Of a stretch of DNA of 64,000 nucleotides, positions 10,713 through 19,843 are shown piece after piece. The position numbers were made by a program, and so were the translations under genes. Numbering within the stretch: position 1 is the stretch's first letter; each line of letters begins with the position of its first letter. The notes under the pieces were generated by a model. That model worked only from the letters and a program-made list of their open reading frames with translations. It was not told where the DNA came from and made no database searches. The stretch spans positions 32,001 through 96,000 of the IMG/VR virus record IMGVR_UViG_3300034121_000940. One strand, given 5' to 3'. The stretch comes from a virus.

Positions 10713-11165
10713 TTATTTCAAGAAAAGTAATTTATATTTAGCTGAATTCATAGTAGACTTGATTGTATCAAGATCATTTACAATTTCAGAGTATGGCATT
10801 TTGTCTTGTAACTTGCATACCATATCACACATATCTTTTAAATAATCTACAGCATCAGTAACTGAATCAAGTTTTCTTGGAGCCACATCTGTATAGCTTA
10901 ATAGCTTTTCAGTAGCACCTTGGAAACCTTCTGCTAAATCATCAGCATGTCCTGGTAATGCATCATACAGTTCATTAAGTGCTTTGTGTGCAGCATACGA
11001 TCCTGTACCTGTAATTTTTAAATGTAACTTATGAAAGCTTTGAGCAGCATTCATTAATTCAGTTACACAAGCTGACGTAAGAGATTCTACATTCCCACCA
11101 GCCGGAGCTGCAGCATAACTTGCATTTGCTTTGGTAGCCTCCGGTCTTTTTAACATTCTATTCAT
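10713..11165 (-). CDS. Dps/ferritin-like protein
   Basis: HKLHLKITGTGSYAAHKALNELYD...DDLAE...KYKL is a Dps-type ferroxidase pattern. Confidence 0.8.
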   Translation of the reverse strand: MNRMLKRPEATKANASYAAAPAGGNVESLTSACVTELMNAAQSFHKLHLKITGTGSYAAHKALNELYDALPGHADDLAEGFQGATEKLLSYTDVAPRKLDSVTDAVDYLKDMCDMVCKLQDKMPYSEIVNDLDTIKSTMNSAKYKLLFLK

Positions 11166-11170
11166 AATTA

Positions 11171-11869
11171 TTAGTTGTTTCTTTCAGATGACTGAGAATT
11201 TCTAGAGTATTGATTTGTTGATTCAATATCTCCTGCTAAAATTGCTACAGCATCATCAATTATTAGTTCCACAATATCATCTTTGAATTCACATATTATA
11301 TCAGCAGTTGAAGCAGCTCCTGTATAAGGATCTGAACAATTTAAAAACTCAACTCTTACAGGTTGTCTGTAATAAGTAAGTGATGCATTAGGTATATCAA
11401 ATTTATCATTAGTGTAAATCTTTACACCATTATTCATTAGAGTAGCAAATGTTTCAGCCCATTCAAAACTAGGCTCTTTAGCTTTATCTCTTAAAAGTAA
11501 AGCTAAGTCATCTTCTTCTGCTAAGTATACTATCATCTTTCTTTTATCACAGCATTCTTTATTAGCATATGCATCCACTCTCTTCCACTGTAAATAGTTT
11601 GTAGGTAAAGATGCTTCATAGTATAGATCTCTTTTTCCTAAAGTAAGGTTTTGAGATACTAGTAATTTTTGAAGATCATCTTTTCTTCTGTTACTAGCTT
11701 CATCTCCTTCTTTAAGAACATTAAGTCCGTGCAGCTGTCTTCTCACCCATTCTACCTGAGCTTTATTAAATGCCTCAACTATTTGCCAACATTGTATGTT
11801 GTCATAGTCTTGGCTATCTAATTTATTGAGACGTTGTTTTACTTTTATTTCAATAGTACTATTTAACAT
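11171..11869 (-). CDS. Putative head-tail connector/ring protein
   Basis: 232 aa. LNKLDSQDY..FNKAQ, LTYYRQP and ELIIDDAVAIL resemble crAss-like ring proteins; position fits. Confidence 0.55.
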   Translation of the reverse strand: MLNSTIEIKVKQRLNKLDSQDYDNIQCWQIVEAFNKAQVEWVRRQLHGLNVLKEGDEASNRRKDDLQKLLVSQNLTLGKRDLYYEASLPTNYLQWKRVDAYANKECCDKRKMIVYLAEEDDLALLLRDKAKEPSFEWAETFATLMNNGVKIYTNDKFDIPNASLTYYRQPVRVEFLNCSDPYTGAASTADIICEFKDDIVELIIDDAVAILAGDIESTNQYSRNSQSSERNN

Positions 11870-11871
11870 AA

Positions 11872-12237
11872 CTAATCATTTAATCTTCTTCTATCACGGT
11901 TAGCATATTTAATTGCACCAGCAGCAGCAACAGTACCAACAACAGCAGCTTGTTTAATTCTTTTTTTCTTTTGAGGTGACATTGGTTCTTTAGCTGGTTT
12001 TGCTTTAGTACTAGTAGTCACTTTAGTTTTAGTAGAAGAAGTTTCATCTAATGATGGCCATTCTTTTACTTTTTTACCTGTTTTTGATGCAGATACACTT
12101 TCTTGATAACCTTTTTTAGCAGCTGATAAAGTACTACCAACTATTTTTTTCCCAGTTGAAAATGCTTTACCAACAGATTTTACACCTTTAATAATAGCTC
12201 CTAACTGAGCTTTTGGAAGTTCTTTTTTCTTTGCCAT
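11872..12237 (-). CDS. Small Lys-rich protein (PKAQLGAI motif)
   Basis: 121 aa, highly basic; paralogous to 12398..12679. Confidence 0.7.
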   Translation of the reverse strand: MAKKKELPKAQLGAIIKGVKSVGKAFSTGKKIVGSTLSAAKKGYQESVSASKTGKKVKEWPSLDETSSTKTKVTTSTKAKPAKEPMSPQKKKRIKQAAVVGTVAAAGAIKYANRDRRRLND

Positions 12238-12239
12238 AA

Positions 12240-12398
12240 TTATCTCTTTTTAGCGATTGCTTTAAAAGTCTTAGCTAACTGCTTAGCTTTACCTGTACAA
12301 CCAGGTTTAGTTATAGGGGTACATTTGCCTTTTGTACCCCTTTTCTTAATATCAGCTGTAGCTTTCTGTATCCAATTCTTATCTTTTTTCTCAGCCAT
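12240..12398 (-). CDS. Small basic protein (52 aa, absent from the ORF track)
   Basis: MAEKKDKNWIQKATADIKKRGTKGKCTPITKPGCTGKAKQLAKTFKAIAKKR; fills the gap with TAATG coupling. Confidence 0.75.
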   Translation of the reverse strand: MAEKKDKNWIQKATADIKKRGTKGKCTPITKPGCTGKAKQLAKTFKAIAKKR

Positions 12399-12679
12399 TA
12401 TTTTTTCTTTTTTTTCATCATACCCTTTCCTACAGTATATGCGGTACCTGCAGCAGTAGCACCAATTACAGCTTTTTTAACAGCTCTTTCTGGTTTTTCA
12501 TTATAATATTTAGCCCAATCTTCTGATTTTTTTAAATGTGATGTTTCTTTAGCAAACTTTTCTGCTCTAGCAGCTTTTACACCAGTTTTTGCAACTTTAG
12601 CACCGGTACTAATACCTTTACCTATTGCTTTAACAATTGCTCCTAATTGAGCTTTTGGTTTTGTAGTTTTTGTTTTCAT
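12398..12679 (-). CDS. Small Lys-rich protein (PKAQLGAI motif)
   Basis: Likely ATG start at 12679 (MKTKTTKPKAQLGAIVK). Confidence 0.7.
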   Translation of the reverse strand: MKTKTTKPKAQLGAIVKAIGKGISTGAKVAKTGVKAARAEKFAKETSHLKKSEDWAKYYNEKPERAVKKAVIGATAAGTAYTVGKGMMKKKKK

Positions 12680-12680
12680 A

Positions 12681-13073
12681 TTAACACTTTTTCTTAGTAA
12701 CACCACCCATTTTCTTTTTGCTCATTTTAGCACCAGCTATTCTATCTGCTGCAGTAGCTTTAGGATTTTTATCTACACCAGCTTTAACAGATAGCATACC
12801 AAAAGTAGAACCACCTTTTTTAAAACTTGGTCTTTCAGATACACATCCACCAGTAGCAGATCTAACAGTACCTGGAGGGCAAGAATGTTTAACAGCAGTT
12901 ACTTTAGAACCACCTTTCTTCATAGAATCCATTCCTTGTTTGTTTGGTCCTGTAGAACCAGCATTAGGAATTCCAAATATTTGTCCTTTTGGTGTAGCAG
13001 AACCAACTGTAGTTTTCATTGTAGAACCACCAGTCTTATACTTCATACCACCACATTTCATACACTTTGCCAT
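12681..13073 (-). CDS. Small basic Gly/Lys-rich protein with repeated KxGG motifs
   Basis: YKTGGS, MKKGGS, FKKGGS, KKMGG. Confidence 0.7.
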   Translation of the reverse strand: MAKCMKCGGMKYKTGGSTMKTTVGSATPKGQIFGIPNAGSTGPNKQGMDSMKKGGSKVTAVKHSCPPGTVRSATGGCVSERPSFKKGGSTFGMLSVKAGVDKNPKATAADRIAGAKMSKKKMGGVTKKKC

Positions 13074-13085
13074 AATATATATTTT

Positions 13086-13358
13086 TTAACAGTTCCATTT
13101 TCTTAAAGAAAGAGCCTTTCTTGTTGGTCTTCCTTTTTCATCTTTCATTGGTCCAGGCATTCCTGACATTCTAGCACAGAAACTTTTTCTTCTCTTAGCA
13201 TCTTTACTATCCGGATCAAGTTTTGATGGTTTAGTAGTAACAGCCATTTTAAGTTTACTACCTGGATTTTCTTTTCTATAAGAAGCAACACCTTTAGCAT
13301 TAAGACCACCTGTCTTACTTTTACCTTCCGATCTTGTCCATGCTGGTGACTTTGCCAT
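13086..13358 (-). CDS. Conserved small basic phage protein (DUF6321-like)
   Basis: PAWTRSEGK..GGLNAKG..RRKSFCARM..LRKWNC pattern, common in aquatic phages. Confidence 0.7.
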   Translation of the reverse strand: MAKSPAWTRSEGKSKTGGLNAKGVASYRKENPGSKLKMAVTTKPSKLDPDSKDAKRRKSFCARMSGMPGPMKDEKGRPTRKALSLRKWNC

Positions 13359-13360
13359 GA

Positions 13361-13513
13361 TTATTTCTTTTTAGTTGATACTTTAATCTTTTTCTCTTGT
13401 TTCAGCATTTGAGCTGTAGGTTTCTTACCAGAACCTTTATTAGCACGGATGTTGTCCCAGAGACCTCTCTGAGACACACTACCGTCTTTTCTTTTTAGCA
13501 TTTCTTTTACCAT
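13361..13513 (-). CDS. Small basic protein (50 aa, absent from the ORF track)
   Basis: MVKEMLKRKDGSVSQRGLWDNIRANKGSGKKPTAQMLKQEKKIKVSTKKK; tightly packed between neighbours. Confidence 0.75.
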   Translation of the reverse strand: MVKEMLKRKDGSVSQRGLWDNIRANKGSGKKPTAQMLKQEKKIKVSTKKK

Positions 13514-13728
13514 TATCTTTTTAATGTTCTTGTTGGCTTTGTGGTTCCTACTACTCCACCCAAAGCTTTGATTTGTTCTTGTGCTAATGATTTAACTTTG
13601 TTCATCATTTTTGGATCTTTTCGGATCTCATCCGCTCTTCTTAATGTTGACAAAGCAGATTCAATTTCCCACTTATCCATCTCTCTACTTGGAATAGCTT
13701 TTATTGTAGTTGTTTTCTTTGCTGCCAT
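13513..13728 (-). CDS. Small basic protein
   Basis: 71-aa ORF (KWEIESALSTLRRADEIRKD). Confidence 0.7.
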   Translation of the reverse strand: MAAKKTTTIKAIPSREMDKWEIESALSTLRRADEIRKDPKMMNKVKSLAQEQIKALGGVVGTTKPTRTLKR

Positions 13729-13732
13729 AGTA

Positions 13733-14023
13733 TTATTTTTTAAATAAATTTTTGAAAAATAACTTAACTCTTTTACTTAGTGAAACTGTTTCTTCAGCAA
13801 TTTCTTTAACTTCTTCTTTTGCTTCTTCAACTTTTTCTTTGTATTCAGAAACAATTTTAGTTGCTTCATGTACTAAGTTCTCTGCAGTTTCTGTAATAAC
13901 CAATTTTGGTTCTGCTTCTAACTTAGGTTTTCTAACTCTAGGTTTTCTTGCTGAAGGTTTCTTAACTGTTTTCTCTTTCTTAGTTACTTCAACTTTAACT
14001 TCTTCTACTTTTGTCTTTGCCAT
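13733..14023 (-). CDS. Small charged protein
   Basis: 96-aa K/E-rich ORF in the operon. Confidence 0.65.
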   Translation of the reverse strand: MAKTKVEEVKVEVTKKEKTVKKPSARKPRVRKPKLEAEPKLVITETAENLVHEATKIVSEYKEKVEEAKEEVKEIAEETVSLSKRVKLFFKNLFKK

Positions 14024-14046
14024 AATTAAAATAAATAAGCACCTCC

Positions 14047-14217
14047 TTACTTAGAAGGAGATGCGGTTTTTGGTGCTTTTGAAATTCCTCCAACTTTACC
14101 TTTTGGAGATTTAATTGCTTGAACAGCTTTGTTTGTACCACCTACTCTTCCAGTGGGAGTTTTTGTAGCTCCCATAAGTTTCTTAGATTTAGTACCAGTT
14201 ACATTTGCAGATTTCAT
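14047..14217 (-). CDS. Small basic protein
   Basis: Likely start MKSANV at 14217; two K(T/S)PxGxVGG repeats. Confidence 0.6.
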   Translation of the reverse strand: MKSANVTGTKSKKLMGATKTPTGRVGGTNKAVQAIKSPKGKVGGISKAPKTASPSK

Positions 14218-14228
14218 TTTATTTATTT

Positions 14229-15245
14229 TTATGAGTTCCAAAATTTTTCACAAGCAGTATTCAAGTCTTTTAAAATATCCTCATTTAAAGGATTTTTCAA
14301 GTGCTCTACTACATCTGACACATTTCTTCCTAACAATGCGTTAGTCTTAGTGTGGTAAATATAACCATCTGCCTTATTAACAATATACTTAAAAAATACG
14401 GAATCTCTAACAATTGATTTAATTTTTAGTGTTTCCATATCCATATTAGCTGTATCCATAAATGTTTTAGCAGCTCTTTCTTTATTCTGTTCTCCACCTA
14501 AGCCAGCAATGTAGTTATCCATATTTTCATAGATCACATCATTAGGAGTAGACTTTCTATATTGTGTACTATTGATATCCACCACTTTAGCAATGTAGAA
14601 TAACTTAGTACTATTTTTGTCAAATAATTTTTGTAGTTCAGATAGAGCTTTGTTACGTAATTTTTTGTACTCTGTTCTTACCATTACAGTTTCTTCTTCT
14701 TTATCTAAATAAAACTTTGGTGGAACAGCCTTAGCTCTTGCATCCTCTAAACTTTTTGCAACTAGTGAAAATCCACCAGCTTCAATTGCATATAATTTAA
14801 TTCTATCATAAGGATCTCTTGGGTCTAAGAACAAAGGTTCATTACCACATGAAATTGAAATCTTATTCCAGAATTCAGCATTGTTTGGCTTTAGTAATGT
14901 AACCTTAGCCCAAAATTCTTTATCTTCTATATCAATAACATTTGCTGCTAGTTCTTGCTCTAACTCTGCAACTGCTGATCTAATCTCTCTTATTCTAGCT
15001 TCTTTTTCTGATATAGGAAGTAATTTGATCTCCGGAGCAAACTCATTTAATCCAGTTACATATCTTACTACACCATTATTGTCTAAACAAGCTAGTTGTT
15101 CATTATGTGTTACCCCATCAAATAAACTCATACCGTAATCTTCTAATCCCATGTTAGAAGCTGAGCTATCAAAATAAGGTCTTACAGCAATAGCTGTTTT
15201 TTTAACAGAGCCCTTACCGGTCTCTACCATTGTGAAATTTTCCAT
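14229..15245 (-). CDS. Conserved head-module protein downstream of the MCP
   Basis: 338 aa; position equivalent to the gene following MCP in crAss-like phages. Function unknown. Confidence 0.55.
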   Translation of the reverse strand: MENFTMVETGKGSVKKTAIAVRPYFDSSASNMGLEDYGMSLFDGVTHNEQLACLDNNGVVRYVTGLNEFAPEIKLLPISEKEARIREIRSAVAELEQELAANVIDIEDKEFWAKVTLLKPNNAEFWNKISISCGNEPLFLDPRDPYDRIKLYAIEAGGFSLVAKSLEDARAKAVPPKFYLDKEEETVMVRTEYKKLRNKALSELQKLFDKNSTKLFYIAKVVDINSTQYRKSTPNDVIYENMDNYIAGLGGEQNKERAAKTFMDTANMDMETLKIKSIVRDSVFFKYIVNKADGYIYHTKTNALLGRNVSDVVEHLKNPLNEDILKDLNTACEKFWNS

Positions 15246-15277
15246 TGTTTTGTTGGTTTTTGTTTTTGTAAATTTAA

Positions 15278-16126
15278 TTAATTATTCTGGCACATTTCCA
15301 GATACGTGTTGTATTTTCTATCTAAATAGATAGTTGCATCTTTATAAAGTAAGTCTAAAACTTTTTTACAATCATCTGAATAATAATGAACTTGAAATAA
15401 ACTATTTTTTAAACCCCCTTCTTTATTACTATGACTTGGGTATTTACTTTTAATTCCTAATTCTTTAGTACAGAATATAATAAATTCAAAAATTGTTTCA
15501 ATTGTCCCACATAATGAAATCTGAGGTCTAATATCATAGTTATAAACTCCACCGTCACCATCAACAACACCTCTCCAAAAATCTTTTGAACTTTTTAAAG
15601 ATTCATGTGGTATAGCCGTCCAACTTTTTTTATTATTAAAACCTAAGTCTTTAAGTTTACCATGTAAAACTTTAGAAAAAATTTTAATAGAACAAGAATT
15701 TTCTGCATAAAATTTTACTTCTTTGTTACAATTAAAAAAAAGTTTAAACTTTTCTAAATGCTCCTTATCTCTTAACTCAATTTCTAATTCAATTGAGTAT
15801 TCTTTTTCTTTTCTGATATGACCATCAGCATATAAAAAACCTATCCAATACAAAGCTTCTGGGGTCAATGTATCAAAAACAGTTTCATCTAATGTAGAAC
15901 CTCTACTAAGTCTCCACTGTGTTGATTTATCTCTTATTAACCCAGATTGCTGTAATATTGTTCTGATAGTTTTTCTAGTCATCTTCATGACTTCCTCAAT
16001 TTTAGTTTGAGGAAGCCCTTGAAGATACATACTTTTAACAGTTTCTTTTTGCTCTGTTGTAATTTTACTCAAATTAGCTACCGCATTATAAGGTCTATGC
16101 GGATAAATTCTTTTCTTTTTATCCAT
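15278..16126 (-). CDS. Free-standing LAGLIDADG homing endonuclease with N-terminal HTH
   Basis: Double motif YWIGFLYADG and FWRGVVDGDG; likely ATG at 16126. Confidence 0.85.
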   Translation of the reverse strand: MDKKKRIYPHRPYNAVANLSKITTEQKETVKSMYLQGLPQTKIEEVMKMTRKTIRTILQQSGLIRDKSTQWRLSRGSTLDETVFDTLTPEALYWIGFLYADGHIRKEKEYSIELEIELRDKEHLEKFKLFFNCNKEVKFYAENSCSIKIFSKVLHGKLKDLGFNNKKSWTAIPHESLKSSKDFWRGVVDGDGGVYNYDIRPQISLCGTIETIFEFIIFCTKELGIKSKYPSHSNKEGGLKNSLFQVHYYSDDCKKVLDLLYKDATIYLDRKYNTYLEMCQNN

Positions 16127-16144
16127 GTTTTTATAATTAAAACA

Positions 16145-16152
16145 CAAATATA
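16145..16152 (-). promoter_or_regulatory. Bacteroidota sigma-70 -7 element (TAtaTTTG)
   Basis: Matches TAnnTTTG, about 19 nt upstream of the endonuclease ATG. Confidence 0.55.
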
Positions 16153-16186
16153 AAAAGAATATTTGAGAAATCCAATTACTGTCTGA

Positions 16187-17803
16187 TCAAAAACTTCCTC
16201 CCGTAATAGGGTTTCTCATAACAATTTTCAATACTTTAGTTGGATCTTTAACCCAAATAGCAGGCATTGTTTGAGACATCATTACACGGTAACCATTGAA
16301 CTGACCTGAAGATTGGAACCCTTGAGTTCTACCCATGTAGTCCATAGTACCATTTTGGTACCACCATTTCAATTGGTTATCCCAAGATAATTTCAACAAG
16401 TAAATGTTGTCATTAGTATTATCTGTGATATCAAAGATAATGAATGAATAAGAAGATAATGGGAAACCATCAATGATTGGGTTCTCAATATCATTTGTAT
16501 GAACATTGTCAAATGCTGGGTTCAATACAAACTTCACGTTAGCCAAGAATGGGATAACATATGAAGTGTATGCAAATCCAAAGTTTAAGTCCATACCTTT
16601 ACCAGTGATAGCACCGATATCAGCAGCCTGGATCAATAAACCTGAAGATACTGCTTCACGTTTGATAGCCTCATTTACCATTCTCATACCACCCATACCA
16701 GTTTGTACAACTAGAGAGCGTTTTGGATCTGGACCTTGGAATTCAACTTTACCGTTGAAGAAGTTGTAGATTTCACCACGGAATAAATCCAATGTGAAGT
16801 TATTCTTGTTGTAGATTCTTTTGAAAGAGTTATCTAACTGTTTCCAAAGACCCACTGACAATCTTAAATCATCTGGACCATCTTGTTTGATTCTACCACC
16901 TTGTCCCCACATTAAGTAAGTCTCAATATCTTGAGCAATCTTAGATAAGTGAGCAGCTTCCATAGTAGTTAAGAAAGTTCTAGATAAATCACCATTGTCA
17001 AAAGCTTTTTTAACTTTGTCTTTACCTAATTTCTTAACCATATCATCTAGGTTAGCAATTGATGGATCATTTAAGTTTGTATCAAATGTTCTCCAGATTT
17101 CAGTTACAGGAACTGTACCATCTGCATTCATACCACCTTTGATCATCAAATCTGCTCTAGAAGATACTGTGTAGTGAACGTGAGCTTCAGCACCTCCTAC
17201 ATAATTGTAGAATTCACGGAAACCAGCTCTAGTTTGAATGTCTGAGAATCTCTCACCATACTCACCACGAGCAGAACCTTTACGGAAAACTTTAGTTCCA
17301 TTAGCTAAGTACTTGTTATCCAAGAACTTGAAGTTATCATTGTTTACTAACTGTACAGTATAGATAAATCCATCACCTACAGGTAAGATATCTTCAGCTG
17401 TTACATAAAGTTCAACACCGTTGTATTTGTCATATGTGAACATATCACCATGTCCAAACTCACGTCTGTTTAATTTAATTCTGAAAGTTGAACCCTCAAT
17501 ACCTTTGAATTCATTATCCGGTTCAATGTCCTCAATAATGTAAGGAAGATCAATAGATACAGGAGTCTGCCATCTATATTCACCTCTTGCATTGTCTACC
17601 ATAATTACATTCTTTCCACCGAAAGAAGACATTTGGTACAAAGGCATTTCAACTTTTTGGGACATAGCCCATAAGTCTACTGGACCTAAATCCATTGGTT
17701 GAGCATCTTTCAACATGTTTACTAAGTGGTATGAGTCAACGTGAGATGTAGCATTGTATGCAGTATCACGTAGGAATATACCATTGTTTAAAACTGGAGT
17801 CAT
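16187..17803 (-). CDS. Major capsid protein
   Basis: 538 aa; follows terminase-portal-scaffold; codon usage looks biased as in highly expressed genes; crAss-like size and placement. Confidence 0.8.
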   Translation of the reverse strand: MTPVLNNGIFLRDTAYNATSHVDSYHLVNMLKDAQPMDLGPVDLWAMSQKVEMPLYQMSSFGGKNVIMVDNARGEYRWQTPVSIDLPYIIEDIEPDNEFKGIEGSTFRIKLNRREFGHGDMFTYDKYNGVELYVTAEDILPVGDGFIYTVQLVNNDNFKFLDNKYLANGTKVFRKGSARGEYGERFSDIQTRAGFREFYNYVGGAEAHVHYTVSSRADLMIKGGMNADGTVPVTEIWRTFDTNLNDPSIANLDDMVKKLGKDKVKKAFDNGDLSRTFLTTMEAAHLSKIAQDIETYLMWGQGGRIKQDGPDDLRLSVGLWKQLDNSFKRIYNKNNFTLDLFRGEIYNFFNGKVEFQGPDPKRSLVVQTGMGGMRMVNEAIKREAVSSGLLIQAADIGAITGKGMDLNFGFAYTSYVIPFLANVKFVLNPAFDNVHTNDIENPIIDGFPLSSYSFIIFDITDNTNDNIYLLKLSWDNQLKWWYQNGTMDYMGRTQGFQSSGQFNGYRVMMSQTMPAIWVKDPTKVLKIVMRNPITGGSF

Positions 17804-17823
17804 TGTTATTTTGTTTTTAATTG

Positions 17824-18450
17824 TTACACATTATTTATTTCTAAGTCTTTTAATTTTTTATGACTTAGTTGTCCTTTTACCCATCCTTCAGGTATGTCAG
17901 TACTTTTAGGAATCATTTTATTAATAAACCCATTATTAATTTTTATATAACCTTTAGTTGCTGTATTACCTAAATGACTTTTGCTCATTTTAAGTTTTGT
18001 TTCGTCAGACCAAGTTTTTCCTAAATTATTTTTTATACCTCTTCTTTGAAGAGACATTTTAATTTTAGATTCTTCTGACCAAACAGCACCTTTAGCGTAT
18101 GAGTTACCTTTCATTTTAATTCTAAGTTTTTCTTTAACTACATCAGACATATATCCTTTTATCATTCCAGAACCCTGATCTAAAATATTTGCTAATGTTC
18201 CCGATTGATTTAATATTTTACCATAAAGATTAATAAATTCTTTTTCTTTTTCAATTGCTTCTTCTAAAGTTAAATTGTTAAATAAAATATCAATTCTATA
18301 TTGACCATTATTTTTTGCTACTATATTTTTCCAAATTGGGTTTCTTCTTTTATCTAGAGTTCTATTATAAGTATTAGATACTTTACCAATACCTATATAA
18401 AAAGGTTGATTGATATCAAGTCTAACATGTCTATATACAATGTAACTCAT
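17824..18450 (-). CDS. GIY-YIG-like homing endonuclease with NUMOD3 repeats
   Basis: YIVYRH...PFYIGIG N-terminus; WSEESKIKMS and WSDETKLKMSKSH repeats. Confidence 0.8.
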   Translation of the reverse strand: MSYIVYRHVRLDINQPFYIGIGKVSNTYNRTLDKRRNPIWKNIVAKNNGQYRIDILFNNLTLEEAIEKEKEFINLYGKILNQSGTLANILDQGSGMIKGYMSDVVKEKLRIKMKGNSYAKGAVWSEESKIKMSLQRRGIKNNLGKTWSDETKLKMSKSHLGNTATKGYIKINNGFINKMIPKSTDIPEGWVKGQLSHKKLKDLEINNV

Positions 18451-18478
18451 TTATTTTATTTATTTATTAGTTACTAGT

Positions 18479-19753
18479 TTAAAATGTTCTTCTAAAAATA
18501 TTAGTAGAACGTTGTATTGTTTTTTGTGGTTTGTTTGAAGCTCTCTCTTCTCCCGCACCTGTGTTAGTTGAAGAACTAGATAATTTTCTAGACTCTTCCG
18601 TTTTCAAGTTTCTTACTGTTTTTTCTACAGCAGCCTTAGAACCTTGTTCTTTTATTTTTGTTCTATACCCATCAGGATCTTGTAATAACCAAAGTGCTTC
18701 AGCAATTAAACCATGGTTAGGTTCAACAAACTGATACTTCTCTAACAAGTGTCCTAACAAGTTTGTATTCTTTCCTGATATAGAAGGATAATTTGGTTGA
18801 ACTAATCCTGAATATAAAACACTTTGTGTTTTCTTATCCAACTTAACTCCGCCAATTTCTCCTGCTGCAAGTGTATTATATACACTATCAGTATAAGCCT
18901 TAGCTTGTTTTTGTTGTTGTTCTTTTTTATGTTCTTGCTCAGCTAACTGTCTTGCAACAATTTCTTCTTGCATTCTATCTAACTTAGGTTTGAACTGATT
19001 AGCTTTTTGTTCAAGCTTATTCATGTCCGCCCAGTCTCTGATTTCTGATTCAATTTCTTCTGCTGTTCCAAAGTTAGTAGCCCAAAGATATTGTCTAGCA
19101 ATTTCTTCTTGGTCATACTCATTAGAAGGATCTAAAGCAGTAATTTCCTCAACTTGAGCAAGAGTTCTAAAAAGACCTTTTAAATCTTGTCCGCCATCAG
19201 CAACATATTTAGCTGCAATCTGAAGTTCTTCTGGAAGTGCATTAAAGAATTCTTTAGGAACATTTTGTTTAATCTTTTCTTCTCTTTCTTGGAAGTTAGC
19301 TTCAAACAATTCTCTGAAGTCTTTAGTAGTATACTCTTCTAATGGTTTATCATCATCAAAAGGAATAAGTGTACCTTCTTCAATCATCTTCTGAGCTAAA
19401 TCATAAAGACCATCTTTATCTACTTTAGGTCTTCCTGTTTTAGATCCTCCTGCTTCTTCATTTTGAGTTATTAAATTATCTAACTCAGAAATAGTTTCTT
19501 CAACTAAAGCTTTGTCTTCAGCAGCTTGAGCTTTTTCCTCAGCTGTAGCAGACGGTGTGTCAAGGAACGATGTGTCAATGTTTTCTTTACTGAACATTGT
19601 TTTTGGTTTATCTTCTTCAGCTTTTCCATCTTCTGGAATCATTACATTAGCTGCACCTGGATTACCAAATAGTTCATCAATGTTAACATCAACTTGCTCT
19701 ACCGTTGTAGAATCTTGAATTTGATCTTCAAGATTAGTTGCTTCTTTGTTCAT
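18479..19753 (-). CDS. Putative capsid scaffolding protein
   Basis: 424 aa, acidic and coiled-coil, between portal and MCP. Confidence 0.65.
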   Translation of the reverse strand: MNKEATNLEDQIQDSTTVEQVDVNIDELFGNPGAANVMIPEDGKAEEDKPKTMFSKENIDTSFLDTPSATAEEKAQAAEDKALVEETISELDNLITQNEEAGGSKTGRPKVDKDGLYDLAQKMIEEGTLIPFDDDKPLEEYTTKDFRELFEANFQEREEKIKQNVPKEFFNALPEELQIAAKYVADGGQDLKGLFRTLAQVEEITALDPSNEYDQEEIARQYLWATNFGTAEEIESEIRDWADMNKLEQKANQFKPKLDRMQEEIVARQLAEQEHKKEQQQKQAKAYTDSVYNTLAAGEIGGVKLDKKTQSVLYSGLVQPNYPSISGKNTNLLGHLLEKYQFVEPNHGLIAEALWLLQDPDGYRTKIKEQGSKAAVEKTVRNLKTEESRKLSSSSTNTGAGEERASNKPQKTIQRSTNIFRRTF

Positions 19754-19843
19754 GTTGTTGGTTTTAGTTTATAATTTAATATAAGCAATAAACTTGAAAA
19801 ATTTAAATAGACTTAAAAATTTTTGTGCACTATATAGCTAAGA

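Noticed and set aside
15278-18450. Introns splitting the capsid or scaffold genes
   Set aside because: Flanking gaps are only 20-60 bp, with no group I/II core elements; the endonucleases look free-standing.
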